The notes: generated from the sequence alone by a model not told the origin. Counted from the first letter of the stretch, positions 8,853-19,307 are shown. The stretch is 64,000 nucleotides of DNA from an uncultured Gemmatimonadaceae bacterium (GCA_963781585.1 CAWAGQ010000006.1:288001-352000); one strand, 5' to 3'. Numbers and translations: made by a program.

Positions 8853-10325
8853 TCACGCGGCCGTGGTGAGGAACACGCGCGAGGCGACTTCATCCAGCGT
8901 GGCGAGCCGGCCGAGCTGCTGAAGACGATCGAGCAACGCCGGATACTGGGGCAGCCAGAAGTCGGCGTAGCAGTCGTGCAGCGACAGCGCGGTGAAGTTC
9001 CGCCGCGATGCGGCACGAAGAACGTTGGCCTCCCAGTCGGGCCACGAGAGATCACCGCGGTAGAGGGGATGGTCGTCCGTGAGAATCGGAATGTGCACCG
9101 TCCGATGCCGATGGGCCGGCGCCTCCAGTCGCAGCGAGTGGGTCGAGCTCGCGAGCCACTCGAAGTTGTGCCAGCACAGGTTGCTATCGCGCAGTTCGCG
9201 GGTGATGCGGGACTGGGGCGGTCGATAGCCGCGGATGCGGTAGTCGATCTCCCGGCATCCCGTGAGCTGGTCTATTGGAGCGGCCGGCGCCACCCGTGTG
9301 GTTGACGACGGCGGCGCGGTGCCCGGGCTGGTCCGGCCGGCAATCCGGCGGCGGAGGCGGCGTGCCCACTGCGACACCGGCCACCAGCGGTCAATCGTGT
9401 GATCATACGAGTGAAATCCCAGGCAATGGCCGTCGGCCTCGATGCGTTCCCGCACCTGCGGGAGTAGGCATCCAACGACGTTGTACGTGGCCCGAACACC
9501 GGCGCTTCGCTCGTGCTCCAGCATCGCATCGAGTGACGCATCCGCGGTGCGGTCGGCGCGCGCTGCCAGTTCGGGATCGATCCCGCGATGGCCCATGCCG
9601 CGCTCTATGTCGTGGCAGAGGCAGATGGTGCGCGCCATGGAGAGATCGTCGCTGCCGCTCTCAGGCCTGATGATTCTGCCGGTGTTCCGTTCCGCATCGA
9701 GGATCCACCATGAGCCCTGGCGGGTCGCCTCGAACCAGCGGGTGACACTGGTATCATAGATGCGCTGGTAGATCTCCGGCTGCACGATTCTGGTGGGATC
9801 GGTGTGCCGCACCACCAGCTCCGATGTTGGCGAGCGGAGTTCGGTGCAGCCTTGGGTGCGCGCGAAATCGAGCACGGCATTCAGCGCCCACAGCGTCCAC
9901 CCCTTGAACCGGCTGTCGATCTGCGAGCGGTAGTCCTGGCGGCGCGAACTGCGCTGCACCAGGTCGGACACGTACGTCAACGCCCACGCCGTCCGGTGGC
10001 GCACGACGAGGCTCACGCTGGCGACCAGCCCCGGGATCCCGAGGTGTCGCTGATGCCAGTTCAGATCGCTGTCGAAGAACAGCTCCGCCGGGAATTCGTC
10101 GAGCACCGGCGGAAGGGCGTGAATCGCAATCTCCCAGAGCAGATCGGGGTCGCGACGGTGGCACATGCGCCACGCCATCTGCAGGCCGTCAGGGCCACAG
10201 CGTCGCAGATGGCGGATCCGGTGCGGAAAGAAATGTCGCTCTGCGCGGCCGAGTGCGACGTGGTCCGCCAGGCGCTGCTGGCCGATGTCGCGATACGGGG
10301 ACGCTTGCGAAGCCATTGCGCTCAA
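8853..10325 (-). CDS. Fusion of an unknown N-terminal domain and a NodB-type polysaccharide deacetylase
   Basis: C-terminal half: CLCHDIE, ATYNVVG, GHCLGFHSYDH, GYRPP, LSLHD. Confidence 0.78.
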   Translation of the reverse strand: MSAMASQASPYRDIGQQRLADHVALGRAERHFFPHRIRHLRRCGPDGLQMAWRMCHRRDPDLLWEIAIHALPPVLDEFPAELFFDSDLNWHQRHLGIPGLVASVSLVVRHRTAWALTYVSDLVQRSSRRQDYRSQIDSRFKGWTLWALNAVLDFARTQGCTELRSPTSELVVRHTDPTRIVQPEIYQRIYDTSVTRWFEATRQGSWWILDAERNTGRIIRPESGSDDLSMARTICLCHDIERGMGHRGIDPELAARADRTADASLDAMLEHERSAGVRATYNVVGCLLPQVRERIEADGHCLGFHSYDHTIDRWWPVSQWARRLRRRIAGRTSPGTAPPSSTTRVAPAAPIDQLTGCREIDYRIRGYRPPQSRITRELRDSNLCWHNFEWLASSTHSLRLEAPAHRHRTVHIPILTDDHPLYRGDLSWPDWEANVLRAASRRNFTALSLHDCYADFWLPQYPALLDRLQQLGRLATLDEVASRVFLTTAA

Positions 10326-10501
10326 TGTAGCGGGAGGGGGTGACGTGGGTCACCGGCGTGGCGGTGAGCGACGACTCAGCGGCGATGCGCGCCGACGATC
10401 TGATATCGCGACTGCGGCGCTCAGGCCGGCCGCCGACCGTCTCGCGCCTGCGCCCCCGACCGTATCGTGGCCGGGCCGCCCACCATCTCTCCGGTGCCGC
10501 C

Positions 10502-13063
10502 TCAGAACCCCTGGCCGAGTGAGACCACGAAGCCCCAGCGTGCATGGTGATCGATGGGGCGGGCAAGCGCGATACCTAACGCACCACCGAAGAACCGGAG
10601 CCCCGCGTCGATGCTGGTGCGGAATCCGTCGCTTGGCCAGGAGACCGGCGTCCCGATGCCCGGCGGCAACGGGGCCACGCCGATCCGGTCTTCGGTGGAG
10701 CCGAGCAGGGCGATCGCGCGCCGCGCAGCGTCGCTGGCCACGGTCGCACCACTCTGGAGGCCTAACGCGACAGACGGGCCGATGGGCGGCAGCCACGGCC
10801 GGCCGAAGATGCGCATTGGCGATTGCCAGACCGGAAGCCGATACATCACGAGCCCGCGCGCCACCGCGGCGCGGTCGCCGGCGAACTCCTTGTAGCCGTA
10901 GCCGGGGAGCCCCTGGCCGCGCCCCAGCTCGAACAGCTGTTGCGGGGGCGGTGTCGTGCCGAACAGCGCGCCCGCGTCGAGCCGGGTGGCGTACGTGAAC
11001 CGGCCCGCGTTCTGGCGCGCGCTCACGCGCACCTCGGCGCGCTGCCACGCGAGTCCCCCGGCCGCGGCCTCGTAGCGGAGCAGGAGGCCCACGCCGGGTC
11101 GGACGAACTCCGCGCTCACGTCCGGATTCAGCGCCAGCTCGATGGCCGCCCGCGCGTAGCGTCCGGCGGACACCCCGCGGTTGGGTCGAAAGGTCGAGTC
11201 GGCGCTGATCCACCCGCGCCGGAGCCGCGCCGGGGCGCCGCGATCGCTTCCCACTCCCATTTCCAGGCGCAGCCAGCCGTCGCGCGAACCGTCGAGGATG
11301 CGGGTGAGCGACAGGGTGGCCGCGTGGCGATCGACATAGTCGTAGTCGTCGACGGAGGCGATCGCGCCAAGCGCCGTTCCGCCGCTGTCGAACGACGTGC
11401 CGAACTCGTTGGTGATGGTGAGCGACCGCTCCAGTCGCAGACCGGGAACCCACGCTCCGCGCCGCCACTCGGCGTCGACGTGTCCGCGCACCGTGTGCTC
11501 GGCCCACGCGAGTCCCGCCTGACCGCGCACCACCACGCCCGGCATCCGGTCGCGCAGCCGCAGCTCGGCGGCCACGCCGGTGGTCAGGCCTTCTATTCTA
11601 TTGAAGTGCACGAAGTCCGCGACTCGCTGGCCGCGGAGCTCGAGGACCGGGGCGCCGGTGGGGCGCCAGACGTCGGGGGCCAGGTCGAGGAAGTCGTCGG
11701 CGTGGAGGTCGGCGGTCGCGTCGCCGAGTGCGAGCCACCAGTCGCCGGCGTGGGCGAGACTGTCAGTGGGGGCGAAGGTGAGGTCGTGTGAACGGACGGC
11801 GATCGTGTCGGCGTCGGTGGACGCGGAGGGGGACTCGTCAGGCGCGGGCGCGCCGCCGTCGGGCGTGCGCAGCGGAGGGAGTGGGGAACGCGCGTCGATC
11901 GCCACGTCGCCCGCCTCCGCAAAGACATTGTTGGCGCGCTGGTCGCGGAAGCGGGAGACGATGCGGAATGCCGAGCGTGCGTCGCCGAAGGTGCGCATGG
12001 CGACCTGCGCCTCGATGCGCTGGTACCTGGGGAGCCAGTACTTGCCGGCGACTTCGACGTTCTCGAGCTCGACGAAGGCGACCGCGTCCATCGGCAGAGC
12101 GGCGACGCGGAGGCGTTCGCGGTGTCCGCGCGCGAGGGTGAGGAAGGCGCCGCGCATGCGGACGATCGCGCCGCGTGTGGCGTCGACGTCCACCTCGCCG
12201 CGGAAGACCACCAGGCGCAGCGTGCGCAAGTCGGCGCGGGGCTCGACGTGGATCCGCGCGATTGGGATGGAGCGCCCTGCGATCCGGAGGACGGCGACCG
12301 TGTCACCGCCGGTGAAGCGATAGACGCTGTCGCGGTCGGCGGCGAACGGGTGGACCGCGAGCGTGCCCTGCGGCTTCGTCGCCTCGTGCGGGTCGGCGTG
12401 CGCGGCGCGACCGTCGCGTGGGGCGGTGCGTGAGGAGTCGAGTCCGAAGAAGAGCGCGATGCGATTGCCGTAGAGGACCGGGATGGTCCACGCCCTGGTA
12501 AGGATGGCGAGGGCGGAGATCGTGGGGCCCGCGTGCTGGGCGCGGTAGGCCGTCATGTGTTGCTCGTACTCGCCGTCGCGGAGCCAGCGCACGTCGTTGC
12601 GTGACTGTTCGAGTGAGAGTGTGCCCTCGGAGCCGTCGGCCTTGCGAACGACCACCGCGATCTCGCTTTCGACGCGGGCGGCGTAGGAGTGGAGTGACGG
12701 CGGTGGGACGCGGTTCTGCCGGGCGACGCGTTCAATCAGTGCGCGGAGGGCAGGGGTGGCGTAGACCGAGTCGGGCGATGTGGTATCGGGGCGCGCGGTG
12801 GTGACAGGGCGCACGTTGGTGTCAGGCTGCGCGGTGGTGCCAGGGTGCGCGGTGGTGCCGGGGTGCGCGGTGGTCGCAGAGCGCGCCGTGGTGTCAGCGT
12901 GCGCGGTGCTGTCGGGACGCGTGAAGGCGACAGAGCGCGCGGAGGTCGCAGGGTGCGTGGTGCTGGCGCCGAGTGGCGCGCCGGCGGGCGCGGTCCGGGG
13001 AATGGAGACCGGGGCGGCCAGCGGTGCGGCGAGGAGTTGCGCGGCGAGGAGGACGGCGACCAT
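10502..13063 (-). CDS. Outer-membrane beta-barrel protein with a periplasmic N-terminal domain (DUF5686-like)
   Basis: Signal peptide, FNRIEGL motif, amphipathic strands, GLPGYGYKEFAGD, C-terminal Phe (VVSLGQGF). Confidence 0.75.
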   Translation of the reverse strand: MVAVLLAAQLLAAPLAAPVSIPRTAPAGAPLGASTTHPATSARSVAFTRPDSTAHADTTARSATTAHPGTTAHPGTTAQPDTNVRPVTTARPDTTSPDSVYATPALRALIERVARQNRVPPPSLHSYAARVESEIAVVVRKADGSEGTLSLEQSRNDVRWLRDGEYEQHMTAYRAQHAGPTISALAILTRAWTIPVLYGNRIALFFGLDSSRTAPRDGRAAHADPHEATKPQGTLAVHPFAADRDSVYRFTGGDTVAVLRIAGRSIPIARIHVEPRADLRTLRLVVFRGEVDVDATRGAIVRMRGAFLTLARGHRERLRVAALPMDAVAFVELENVEVAGKYWLPRYQRIEAQVAMRTFGDARSAFRIVSRFRDQRANNVFAEAGDVAIDARSPLPPLRTPDGGAPAPDESPSASTDADTIAVRSHDLTFAPTDSLAHAGDWWLALGDATADLHADDFLDLAPDVWRPTGAPVLELRGQRVADFVHFNRIEGLTTGVAAELRLRDRMPGVVVRGQAGLAWAEHTVRGHVDAEWRRGAWVPGLRLERSLTITNEFGTSFDSGGTALGAIASVDDYDYVDRHAATLSLTRILDGSRDGWLRLEMGVGSDRGAPARLRRGWISADSTFRPNRGVSAGRYARAAIELALNPDVSAEFVRPGVGLLLRYEAAAGGLAWQRAEVRVSARQNAGRFTYATRLDAGALFGTTPPPQQLFELGRGQGLPGYGYKEFAGDRAAVARGLVMYRLPVWQSPMRIFGRPWLPPIGPSVALGLQSGATVASDAARRAIALLGSTEDRIGVAPLPPGIGTPVSWPSDGFRTSIDAGLRFFGGALGIALARPIDHHARWGFVVSLGQGF
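12775..12920 (-). repeat. 18-bp-period degenerate coding repeat (TTAHPG-like linker)
   Basis: gcgcggtggtgccagggt-like units; protein TTAHPG TTAHPG TTAQPD TNVRPV TTARPD. Confidence 0.75.
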
Positions 13064-13473
13064 CGGGGGGAGGACGATCGGCGAAGGTGGGTGGTTTTAC
13101 AAGGCCGATTGTCGTGTTACGGGCGCGATTTGGGGTACGCGCGGGGTGTGGGTTGGGGTGGGTGGAGGGGGTGGCGTGGGTCACCTGGGCGAACCGGGGC
13201 TCGCCACACTGCAGAACGGAGGAGCGCTTTGCGAATGCAGTCGAAACGGGGACCGCTGTGCTACCAGCGCGCGAAAACCTCAACCTGCGGCGGAAATGCG
13301 CCGGAAGGCGCAGATGCCACTCCCGCGCCTCGAACGGAGCAGCAGGTCACTCCCTGGATGGTCTGTTCGGGCATGCATCAAGCGACGTCGGTCGCCGTCT
13401 TCGTAGACACCTCGTCGGCACGACGCGACGTGCGTTTCCCGAGCTTGAAGAAGGGCGAGGAGACACGGCGACT

Positions 13474-14826
13474 CTACACCACTGCCAACTGTGGCACCAC
13501 CACAAACCGTTCTGGCAGCGGCATCTCCTTGAGTACGTGGCTCTGGAGGCGCACGAAGCCATTGGCAGCACGCTGGCAGTGCGCCATAAGCCACTCCATG
13601 GCGGCGTCGGAGTTCAGGTAGGCGCACAGATCGTGAATACGCGATTCGTCCTTCGGCACGAGATAGTAGACCGAATGCCGAGGGACGATGTCCCCACTCT
13701 CATCGACCACGAACCAGGGACGGGAGCCGATGTCCTTGCAGAGTATCTTGGGCCGCAGGATCTCGTCGAGCGGCGGATTTTCGTGAAACGCATACCAGGG
13801 CTTTCGCTGCACACACGTTCGCTGCAGCAGCCGGGCGCGTCGTTCGGGCTGACGGAGGTAGTCTCCGAGCGGACCAAGCGCCCCTTCCGGGAGGAGCGCA
13901 CCGCTGCGGGCGTACGGGATGAGCATCGATTGCGTTGTCCTGATCTCACTCCCAGCCGTCATTCGACGCCCTGAGATCGTGCGAAATGCAAATGGGCGAA
14001 GCGAGCCCGGCAGGTTGACCGCATCGATCACATAGACGCTGTCAGCGCCAGTCGCGACCCCGCAGCTGATCCTCAGGAACGCGTCGCTGAGCGTAGGTCC
14101 CCCATTGGCTGCGCCGCTGCCGTTCAACAGCGGCAGCCACGATGCGCCCGAACTCGTGAGGCGTGCGGTCCGGGTCGTGCCGTCACGAAGCGTGATCCGG
14201 GTTTGTCCCGTCGGCGCGTCACCTACAACCGTGGTAATCGTTGGGTACGTGACCAGATCGCCGAAGGCCGCTTCCTCGACAAGCTCGATCTCTTCAACGG
14301 CAAGCTGCGCCAGCGCGCGGCGGAGGGGCGCGGCAGTCTGCACGTAGAGAAACTTCTCCGGCGTGATGAGGACGAGACGCCCTCGCGGCTTGAGCAGCTT
14401 GAGCGCCTGCTCGAAGAACAGCAGATAGAGATCGAACCTGCCACGCGCCGTGCGATATCGCCGCCGGTACTTCGCGCGCTCGTCCACCGTCAGCCCGGTA
14501 ATGGGGACGTACGGCGGGTTGCCGACAACGTAATCGTAGCGCTCCGTGCGGGACGTCAGGAATTCCTGCTTCAACAGTGTGACCTGTGGATGCCTGCCCA
14601 GATGTCGTCTCGCTTTCTCCAGGAGCGAAGGATCGGAGTCGACGCCCACAATTTGCGGCACTGGGGATCCCTGCGAATCGCACCAGCGCACGACGCCCTC
14701 TATGAACGCGCCGGTGCCGCAACCGGGGTCCAGCAGACTCTCGTCCGCGCGCGGGCGGCGCGTGCGGAAGAGCCGCGCGACCATTGCATCCACCAGATGC
14801 GGCGGCGTTGGTACGAATCCTTTCAC
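13474..14826 (-). CDS. Type II N6-adenine DNA methyltransferase, gamma class (Eco57I/TaqI-like)
   Basis: TPPHLVDAM, LLDPGCGTGAF (motif I), VVGNPPYV (motif IV), RFDLYLLFFE, GVATGAD; probable GTG start at 14826. Confidence 0.92.
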   Translation of the reverse strand: MKGFVPTPPHLVDAMVARLFRTRRPRADESLLDPGCGTGAFIEGVVRWCDSQGSPVPQIVGVDSDPSLLEKARRHLGRHPQVTLLKQEFLTSRTERYDYVVGNPPYVPITGLTVDERAKYRRRYRTARGRFDLYLLFFEQALKLLKPRGRLVLITPEKFLYVQTAAPLRRALAQLAVEEIELVEEAAFGDLVTYPTITTVVGDAPTGQTRITLRDGTTRTARLTSSGASWLPLLNGSGAANGGPTLSDAFLRISCGVATGADSVYVIDAVNLPGSLRPFAFRTISGRRMTAGSEIRTTQSMLIPYARSGALLPEGALGPLGDYLRQPERRARLLQRTCVQRKPWYAFHENPPLDEILRPKILCKDIGSRPWFVVDESGDIVPRHSVYYLVPKDESRIHDLCAYLNSDAAMEWLMAHCQRAANGFVRLQSHVLKEMPLPERFVVVPQLAVV

Positions 14827-14935
14827 CGTCTTAGCCCAAACCGAGGGGTTTGAATTGCGGAGTCGAAAACTAGTGCGGGATCGCTGAGAAAGCGTTACCA
14901 AAACAACGCACGGACGTGCGCCATCTGCGCCCGTA

Positions 14936-15853
14936 TCAAGAGTCGCGGGACGCTTCGTCGTCCACAGGCATTCTGTCGACAGCACTGGCCGGCCTTGGCG
15001 TCGGTGGCCCGACGGGTTTCGCGTCACGGATGGAGATGAGATCCCGGCACGCCCGGAACAGGACGCGGTCTATCTGGATATGCGCCGGAACCTCTTCGGC
15101 GCGGTACTGCGTGCGCTGTTCGCTCGAAATGGGGCCGAAGCAGAATACGCCCACGGCATCGCTTACGAGCCCGGCGACGTTCGCGAACTGGATCACCCGG
15201 CTCAGATCGTGCTGGCCGATGACCCGGGCGGCGAAGAAGACGTACGAACGTGGCTTCACCGAACGGAGCCAGGTGGTAAGGTCCCCGGACATGACGCTCG
15301 GACTCTCACCCTGCGCCGCCAGGATTCGTGCATATTCGGCTTTCAGGTCGATCGCCTTGAAGCCGATCTCCTTCACCCGCTTGTCGAGGTCCGCGGATGC
15401 CGCGCGTCCTATCTCCTTCTGCTTGGGACTTCCCGGGTGCTTCGGCGTGCCAACAGCCTTGGCCTCGAGAATGAACTCGATTGCGCCCGTACTTGGAAAG
15501 GTCACGTCGAGGTTGTGCTTCGGAAAGATCAGGCCCGGGACGCCGCCCCGGCTGTAGAGCTGGACCTGTGCGCAGTTCTCCAGGATGAGTGCGAGGAGGT
15601 CGTTGAAGAAATCGCCCTTGCCGTTCTGCAGGTCGCCCATGTCGGCGACGCCACTCGCTACGTTCTGGTCGAACCTCTCCATCGCGCGAAGAAACACGTC
15701 CTCAATCGCTGCCCAACGCTTGGGCCCTTGAGCCACAGCGGATCGGTAGGTTTCCCTGAGCGGAACGCATCCCGGGCTGGTCGCAACGACGCGACTGGTG
15801 GTGCGCGCTCGAGCCGACGGTGCTGCTCTCTTGGCGGATTTCTTGCGCGGCAT
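14936..15853 (-). CDS. Putative type II restriction endonuclease (PD-(D/E)xK, distantly XhoI/PaeR7I-like)
   Basis: HNLDV...LEAKAVG...DLDKRVKE...AIDL catalytic spacing; immediately upstream of and co-oriented with the MTase. Confidence 0.65.
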   Translation of the reverse strand: MPRKKSAKRAAPSARARTTSRVVATSPGCVPLRETYRSAVAQGPKRWAAIEDVFLRAMERFDQNVASGVADMGDLQNGKGDFFNDLLALILENCAQVQLYSRGGVPGLIFPKHNLDVTFPSTGAIEFILEAKAVGTPKHPGSPKQKEIGRAASADLDKRVKEIGFKAIDLKAEYARILAAQGESPSVMSGDLTTWLRSVKPRSYVFFAARVIGQHDLSRVIQFANVAGLVSDAVGVFCFGPISSEQRTQYRAEEVPAHIQIDRVLFRACRDLISIRDAKPVGPPTPRPASAVDRMPVDDEASRDS

Positions 15854-16096
15854 AGCGGTGACTATCGTACAAGGCGGGAGCCATCCACCATCACAGGAAG
15901 GCAGGAGTTGCACGGACAAGATAGCCACATCGCTGAGCGGAATCGTCGGCGGTTCACGTCGCCCCTGGGCGTTGGAGCAGCTGAAGACGAGACCGGCACG
16001 AGGGCTGCCTATCAGGGTACTGGTGCTGGTCCGCGGGAAGGAGGGACGCGGCCGCCATTTCTCGCCGCTGCACTTGTTTTCCGTGAGGGTAGCCGC

Positions 16097-17422
16097 GTGT
16101 TCATCGACAGGGCCACGCTCCTCGATCTCGAGATCTTCGCCACCTCGGCTGGAAGTGGCCTCACCCTGTTCTCGTTGATCGACCGAACGCGCACCGAAGT
16201 TGGCCGACAGCACCTTCGACGGAGACTGGGCGCGCCGGCCGAAAGCGCTGACGAGATTGCGGCTCTCCAGGGAGCGCACCAGGCGATCGCCGCGGCCCGG
16301 GATGCGTTTCGAGCGTGCCTTGATCGCGCCGGTCTGGATGATGCCCTGCGCTACCTGAACTCACGCTGGCAGCTACCCTCCGCGCGGAATTGGATCAGTC
16401 GGGCGGGCACCAGTTTCTGGCTCGGCCTTGGGTACTCAGCGTATCTGCGAGACATCCGGAAAGGTCGGGATGATATCGTCGGTCTCGTGCGGGCTGCGTA
16501 CGAAATCCGTCGGCGGTTGGGGAGCAGCAGCAATGCGCTCCTGGGCCAGGTGGCCGCCGCACTCGCCGGGCACATTGATTCGCCGGAGTGCAGGGATATC
16601 CTGCGAATCGGCGCGAAACGCAGTGGGGCCTCCCGGCTGGCCTTTGATCAGCTCGCGCGCGGCGCAGCGAAGGAACGACTTCTCGGTCTTGCCGATCGTC
16701 TGGGATACCTCGAGTCGTTGTGGAGCGTCGCCGCGGCCACGATCGAGCATGGATGGACCTATCCAGCAGCCGGTGAGTCACTTCGTCTGTCTGGCCTCAC
16801 GCATCCGTTTCTGGGGCCCCACGCGGTCGCCAACGACTTCGACCTCGGTTCCACGGCGCGTGTCTGCTTTCTGACCGGACCAAACATGGCGGGCAAGTCC
16901 ACATTCCTCAAAGCGGTGGGCGTCGCGATGGTGCTCGCGCAGATCGGTTCGGGTGTGCCGGCTGCAGCGATGGAGTTCCCGCCGGTGCGGACCGTATTCT
17001 CGAGCGTCCAGATCGCCGACAGTCTCAGCACGGGTGAGAGTTTCTATCTGGCGGAGGTCCGCCGCATTCGTGGACTGGCTGAGGCGGTTCGCGACTACGG
17101 GTCGGCGGTGGCCGTGGTCGATGAGCCGTTCCGGGGAACGAATGTCCATGATGCCACAGAGGCGACGCTGGCGGTCATGAGACGTCTGGCAGGACACCCG
17201 TTGGTGGTCACCATCGTGGCCTCACACCTTGGGGAGATCGGTCCACTCGTTGCGAACGACCCGCGCATCCTGTCGCTCCATTTCGCCGCCGATCTCAGCG
17301 ACGAGTCGCCTCGATTTGATTTCCAGCTCCGGGACGGCGTGTCCCATCAGAGACTCGGGATGCTCCTCCTGGAGCAGGAGCGGGTGCTTGAGCTGTTGGA
17401 GCAGTCGGCGTCCGCGGCCTAA
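16097..17422 (+). CDS. MutS-related ATPase (domain III/V only, lacks the mismatch-binding domain)
   Basis: IDRATLLDLEIF, IDRTRT.VGR..L, LTGPNMAGKSTFLK, SFYLAEVRRI, VVDEPFRGTN, ASHL; GTG at 16097. Confidence 0.88.
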   Translation: MFIDRATLLDLEIFATSAGSGLTLFSLIDRTRTEVGRQHLRRRLGAPAESADEIAALQGAHQAIAAARDAFRACLDRAGLDDALRYLNSRWQLPSARNWISRAGTSFWLGLGYSAYLRDIRKGRDDIVGLVRAAYEIRRRLGSSSNALLGQVAAALAGHIDSPECRDILRIGAKRSGASRLAFDQLARGAAKERLLGLADRLGYLESLWSVAAATIEHGWTYPAAGESLRLSGLTHPFLGPHAVANDFDLGSTARVCFLTGPNMAGKSTFLKAVGVAMVLAQIGSGVPAAAMEFPPVRTVFSSVQIADSLSTGESFYLAEVRRIRGLAEAVRDYGSAVAVVDEPFRGTNVHDATEATLAVMRRLAGHPLVVTIVASHLGEIGPLVANDPRILSLHFAADLSDESPRFDFQLRDGVSHQRLGMLLLEQERVLELLEQSASAA

Positions 17423-17450
17423 CGGCCAATTGGATTGGACGCGCCAAGCC

Positions 17451-18770
17451 TCAGCGGCTCCGGTCGGGTTCACTGTCCCGCACCACCCGCTCCGCCACCC
17501 GCCACCCCGACCCAATCGCCCCGTCCACCGTGCCATTCCACCCGCGGGCCGCCGTGTGCTCGCCCGCGAAATACACCGTTCGTTCAACAGATCGTGCCAG
17601 CGCGGCGGCCGCCCCGGTACCTCCGACGCGCGAGTAGCTGTAACAGCCCCGCGAGAACGGATCGTTGCTCCAGTCGCGCGTGAATGCCGCGCGCACACGA
17701 TGCGACATCGTCCGGCGCGTTATGCCGAAGAGTGCCGCGGCCCAGCGAATGGCGGCATCGATCACTGCGTCGCGACTCTCACGCCCCAGAGCCCGCGCTG
17801 CCGGCCCGCCGCACCAGCCAACGAGCAGTGGCGCGAGAACGGGGTAGGGTGTCCACCACACCGGGAACGACTCGGACGATTGCGAAAACACGAACGCCAT
17901 GTCATCGCCGTGACTGCCACCGCGCTTCCTGCCGAATTCCGGCGAATCCCAGAACGGCTCGTCGAGCTGCAGCGCCACGCGCACGGCTGCGCCCATCGCC
18001 AGCCCCCGCATCGCGCGCTCCGCCGAAGCCACCGGCGGATCGAACGCGATGCGACCCCCGGCGCCGGCGCGGTCAACACGCCGAGTGGCGCGGTGACGAT
18101 GACGGCCCGCGCCGAGAACTCGCCTAGCGGCGCCCCACTGGGTGACTCGGCCGAAACCACTACATCGCCCGCGCGCCAGCGCACGCGAGTCACCGCGGCA
18201 CCGAGTCTGATGCGACCATCCACGGAAGAGGCAAGCGCGTGAACCACGCTGTCATATCCTCCGAGCACGCGCCCGATGCGCTGCTCACGCGCATCTGCGT
18301 GCCGGCGTCCCTTCATGATCCCCTCGGCGAGTGACCGCTCGCTGATGACTTCGGGGTCCGCCGCGTGGAAGCCCTCCACATACTGCAGGGCCAGTCGCCG
18401 GTCCGCGCTGCTCACCGACCGCATGCGTGCGACCGCGTCGGCGAACGAGCGATCCGGCCACCGCCCGGCCTCCAGTCGACGCAGCACGTGATAGAGACCC
18501 GCCCAGAAGTCATCGGCCGGGCGCAGCCGCCCACGTGCACCGATCCAGCGGCTTCCGGGAATGTCGACGATGCCTAACGCGGCATCGCGCGCGATCCGGC
18601 TCACCTGGGGTGTCGCTCCCGTGCGCGAACTCCGCCCCGAGCTCGACCGGGACGGCGAGACCTGGCTCGCGGTGGGTCCATACGCGTCCGCCGATCCGGT
18701 CCCGCGCCTCGAGCACGATGACGCTGCGTCCCGCGGCGACCAGCCGCTGCGCGGCAGCCAGACCCGCGGC
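17451..18770 (-). pseudogene. Flavin monoamine oxidase family protein, two frameshifts and missing N-terminal GxG
   Basis: AAGLAAA...LEARDRIGGRV...ELGAEFAHG in one frame, VIVTAPLGVL in a second, WSNDPFSRGCYS and FAGEHT...GTVDGAIGSG in a third; shifts at C-runs 18618-18620 and 18055-18059. Confidence 0.8.
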
Positions 18771-19307
18771 GGTCTCATCACCTGGACCGCGTCTCGTGGC
18801 GTGCTGGGTGACCAGATAGACCGCCACGTCCCAGGCATTATGGATGCCGATGAAGAGGAGCATCAGCACCACCGCGGCCACCACCACGAGCGCAACGTCC
18901 AATGAGGTGTGGAGCATGAGAGCGCCGACCAGCAACATCACATGGGCCGCGAGCGGCAGAATCACGTGCCAGGTCCAGTCCTCGGCGTCGGCGGCATATC
19001 CTTCGACCCTGCGCATCCGGACGGCGGCCCGCACGCCGGAGGTAATACCGCCGGCCGCGCTGCCACCGAGACAGACGGACAGGCTCAGGACCCGGTGCAA
19101 TGGAATCGTCATGATCCCGGCAATCAGCAGCACGATGGCGAAGTGTCCAACCGTGGGCGTGGAGAACGCGCCCACGCCGTCGGACGAGGAGCCGTCGATG
19201 CGCCCCGCCGCGAGCGCGATGACGACGAACATCAGGCCCGTGAGCGCTGCCCCGGCCGAGCCGGTGATGACGTAGAAGGTGTCCCACTCGTGGAGGGAAA
19301 GCGGCAC
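18771..19307 (-). CDS. Hypothetical multi-pass membrane protein (3' end runs in frame into the amine oxidase)
   Basis: WDTFYVITGSAGAALTGLMFV...FSTPTV...EDWTWH...LFIGIHNAWD; about 5 hydrophobic helices. Confidence 0.75.

Noticed and set aside
13474..14826. The MTase as the cause of GCCTAACG enrichment
   Set aside because: The motif is embedded in native genes throughout the window whereas the R-M pair looks recently acquired; nothing in the sequence links them.
15080..16096. N-terminal extension of the 780-aa MutS ORF
   Set aside because: It is the antisense shadow of the endonuclease gene; MutS similarity starts at GTG 16097.
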